Source of the DNA: Guillardia theta CCMP2712
Lineage: Eukaryota; Protista; Cryptophyta
Direction: 5' to 3'
Assembly: GCF_000315625.1 (NCBI RefSeq)
Contig: NW_005434609.1
Span: forward strand, 277,864-341,863
DNA length: 64,000 nucleotides
The position numbers and the translations under genes are program-made. Positions 62,226 to 64,000 of this stretch are shown here, piece after piece (the first letter of the stretch is position 1; the number at the start of each line of letters is the position of its first letter). Under the pieces are notes generated by a model. It saw nothing but the letters and a program-made list of their open reading frames with translations. It did no database searches and was not told the DNA's origin.

Positions 62226-63059
62226 CCTCCCTGCCTGCCTGCCCTCCTTACTATCTTTGTGTGTGTCTGTTCCTCGCACTCCCACTCTCATTTCCTGCAT
62301 CACGGCACAACCATCATCATCATAACCTCAGTTCTGATCCCGCTTTCGCTTTTCCTCGTCCTGCACCACACCATCCTGCTCGTCTGCCCAATCCTACTTC
62401 CTGCCCTCCTATTCGTACACTGAACCTGATGCTGCTCATCCTCCATCTCCTGCCTCTTCCTGTTGACTTCGCTTGCTTCTTCCCGCCTCTGTTCCCTTGT
62501 TTGTGCATTGTGTTTTATGACTCATTGGATCCTCCGAACTCTGCAGTTTTTACTCAAATGAGAGAAATAAGAGTTTTAGCAGCCAAACACATAGACATAC
62601 CAGCCCGCCTCATAGATAAGATAAGAGTTCTTGTAAGGCACGAAAATTCTCTCATGCTGCCGACACTCGTCGTTGCACTCCTCAGACGGTGCCACCGGCG
62701 TGCCGCGGCGGACTCGCCCTGGCAAGAGCCTCGGACTCGGACCGGGCCGGCGTCCGATCAACTCAGCCTGGCAGTGCAAGGTATACTGGACGGCAAGTCG
62801 AGATCTCAGTCACTGCCGTCCTTCTTCAAGGGCCATGGGCGATCTAGGCTAACACATTGAAGCTAACCCCCTACCGTGGCCTGACCGCACCAGCCCGGGC
62901 CCAGACGGCCGGACCGCGTCAGAAACCGTTGAAACCGGCGTGTGCCAGTGTACGGCCGAATTTGAATTGAACGATCGTACCATCAGCGAACTTTAAGAAC
63001 AGAGTTTGTCAAGGTGGGGACTAGGATAGTTGATTCATACAGAAAAGCAGGATAGGAGT

Positions 63060-63159
63060 NNNNNNNNNNNNNNNNNNNNNNNNNNNNNNNNNNNNNNNNN
63101 NNNNNNNNNNNNNNNNNNNNNNNNNNNNNNNNNNNNNNNNNNNNNNNNNNNNNNNNNNN
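63060..63159. other. assembly gap (100 N)
   Basis: Run of N. Confidence 1.
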
Positions 63160-63459
63160 GAAAGCTGAGAACCAATGTGACCCAGTAAAATCACTGCAGG
63201 ATAAATTCATGACGTAACGGCGTTCGCATCTATATCTCTGATCAGTTGAGGCCCAAGAAACTTGCAGATCACCTTTCAATCGTCTGCTGTGTGCTCTCAT
63301 CGAACCACGAGTCCCCATGGGCGATGACCTATCATGCTTATCAGTAGTGTTTCGAAAGTGAAATTCAGCTGTATAAACCACCTTTTTCTTCGTTTGGAGG
63401 GAGGGAGGGAGGGAGGGAGGGGAGCAGAGAGCAGGAGCAGAGAGGAGGAGATGTATGAC

Positions 63460-63852
63460 CTGAATGTTTGGCAGCACAGGCTTGTGCTCAGAATATTCCA
63501 TCGAGTATTCTCCTTTACCCTGGAGAAGAAAGAAAAGGGGTGAGGGGAGAGATGAAGCGGTTGTGAGAGATGCGATGAAGTTCAAGAGGAGGAGAGAAGA
63601 AAGTACTTGAGATGGAGGGAGAACGAGAGAGGAGGGACAAGGAGACATGTAGGTCGAGAGAGGCCAACGAGGAGAGGAGAGAGGAGAACGAAGGGTGTGA
63701 GGAGGAGACGAGGGGGAGGAGAGGTCGGGAGTGTTCGACATGAACCTGAGTAGACGAACGGAGGTCGGTGGAGAAACCGAACATGTTTGCAAGAGGCACA
63801 GCAGCCGTGATGACAGCATAGCCTGACTGAGCGACCGAGTCCTCAACAACAC
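63460..63852 (-). CDS. translation elongation factor G (likely mitochondrial EF-G1), domain V exons; gene continues beyond the window
   Basis: Exons 63746-63852 and 63460-63519 give VVEDSVAQSGYAVITAAVPLANMFGFSTDLRSSTQ|GKGEYSMEYSEHKPV. Confidence 0.88.
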
Positions 63853-64000
63853 CTGAAAAGAGAGGATGAGAAGGAGCGAAAAGGTGGAGGAGAGGAGGAG
63901 AGGAGGAGAGGAGGGGAGGGGAGGAGGGGGAGGAGGAGGAGGAGGAGGAAAGGTGGTGAAGGAGAGGAGGAGGAGAGAAGGGGAGAGAAGAGGAGGAGGC

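Noticed and set aside
62983-63852. 289-aa minus-strand ORF
   Set aside because: Reads through introns and an N-gap; only the two EF-G exons are supported.

Overview
This is a eukaryotic, intron-rich (mostly 45-70 nt GT-AG introns), gene-dense nuclear segment with four N-gaps. RWP-RK paralogs, a PsbP protein with a bipartite plastid plus Tat leader, and the intron style suggest a cryptophyte-like alga with a secondary plastid (inference). Recognisable genes, most reconstructed by manual splicing: RPB10, glycine cleavage T protein, an MFS transporter, a zinc-finger/trihelix-like protein ending in a P-element-transposase-like segment, IBA57/YgfZ, two RWP-RK factors, an EGF-repeat membrane protein, an ankyrin-like protein, a GT8 glycosyltransferase, an EAG/CNG-type K+ channel, a Mei2-like protein with two near-identical RRM3 domains, a Cys-rich type I membrane protein, a PsbP-domain protein and the 3' part of EF-G. 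RNA genes: tRNA-Sec(UCA) lies only 5 nt downstream of tRNA-Ala(AGC) on the same strand, as an apparent dicistronic Pol III unit, and a second identical tRNA-Ala lies 11 kb away. Intergenic DNA holds a recurrent ~40-bp motif (TTTACTCAAAGTTAAGTTAAAAATCAGTACGAGGACAATC), GC-rich mosaic tracts of short palindromic words, and GGGGTAG/CTACCCC-rich tracts. Exon boundaries and family assignments come from reading and recall, not database searches.
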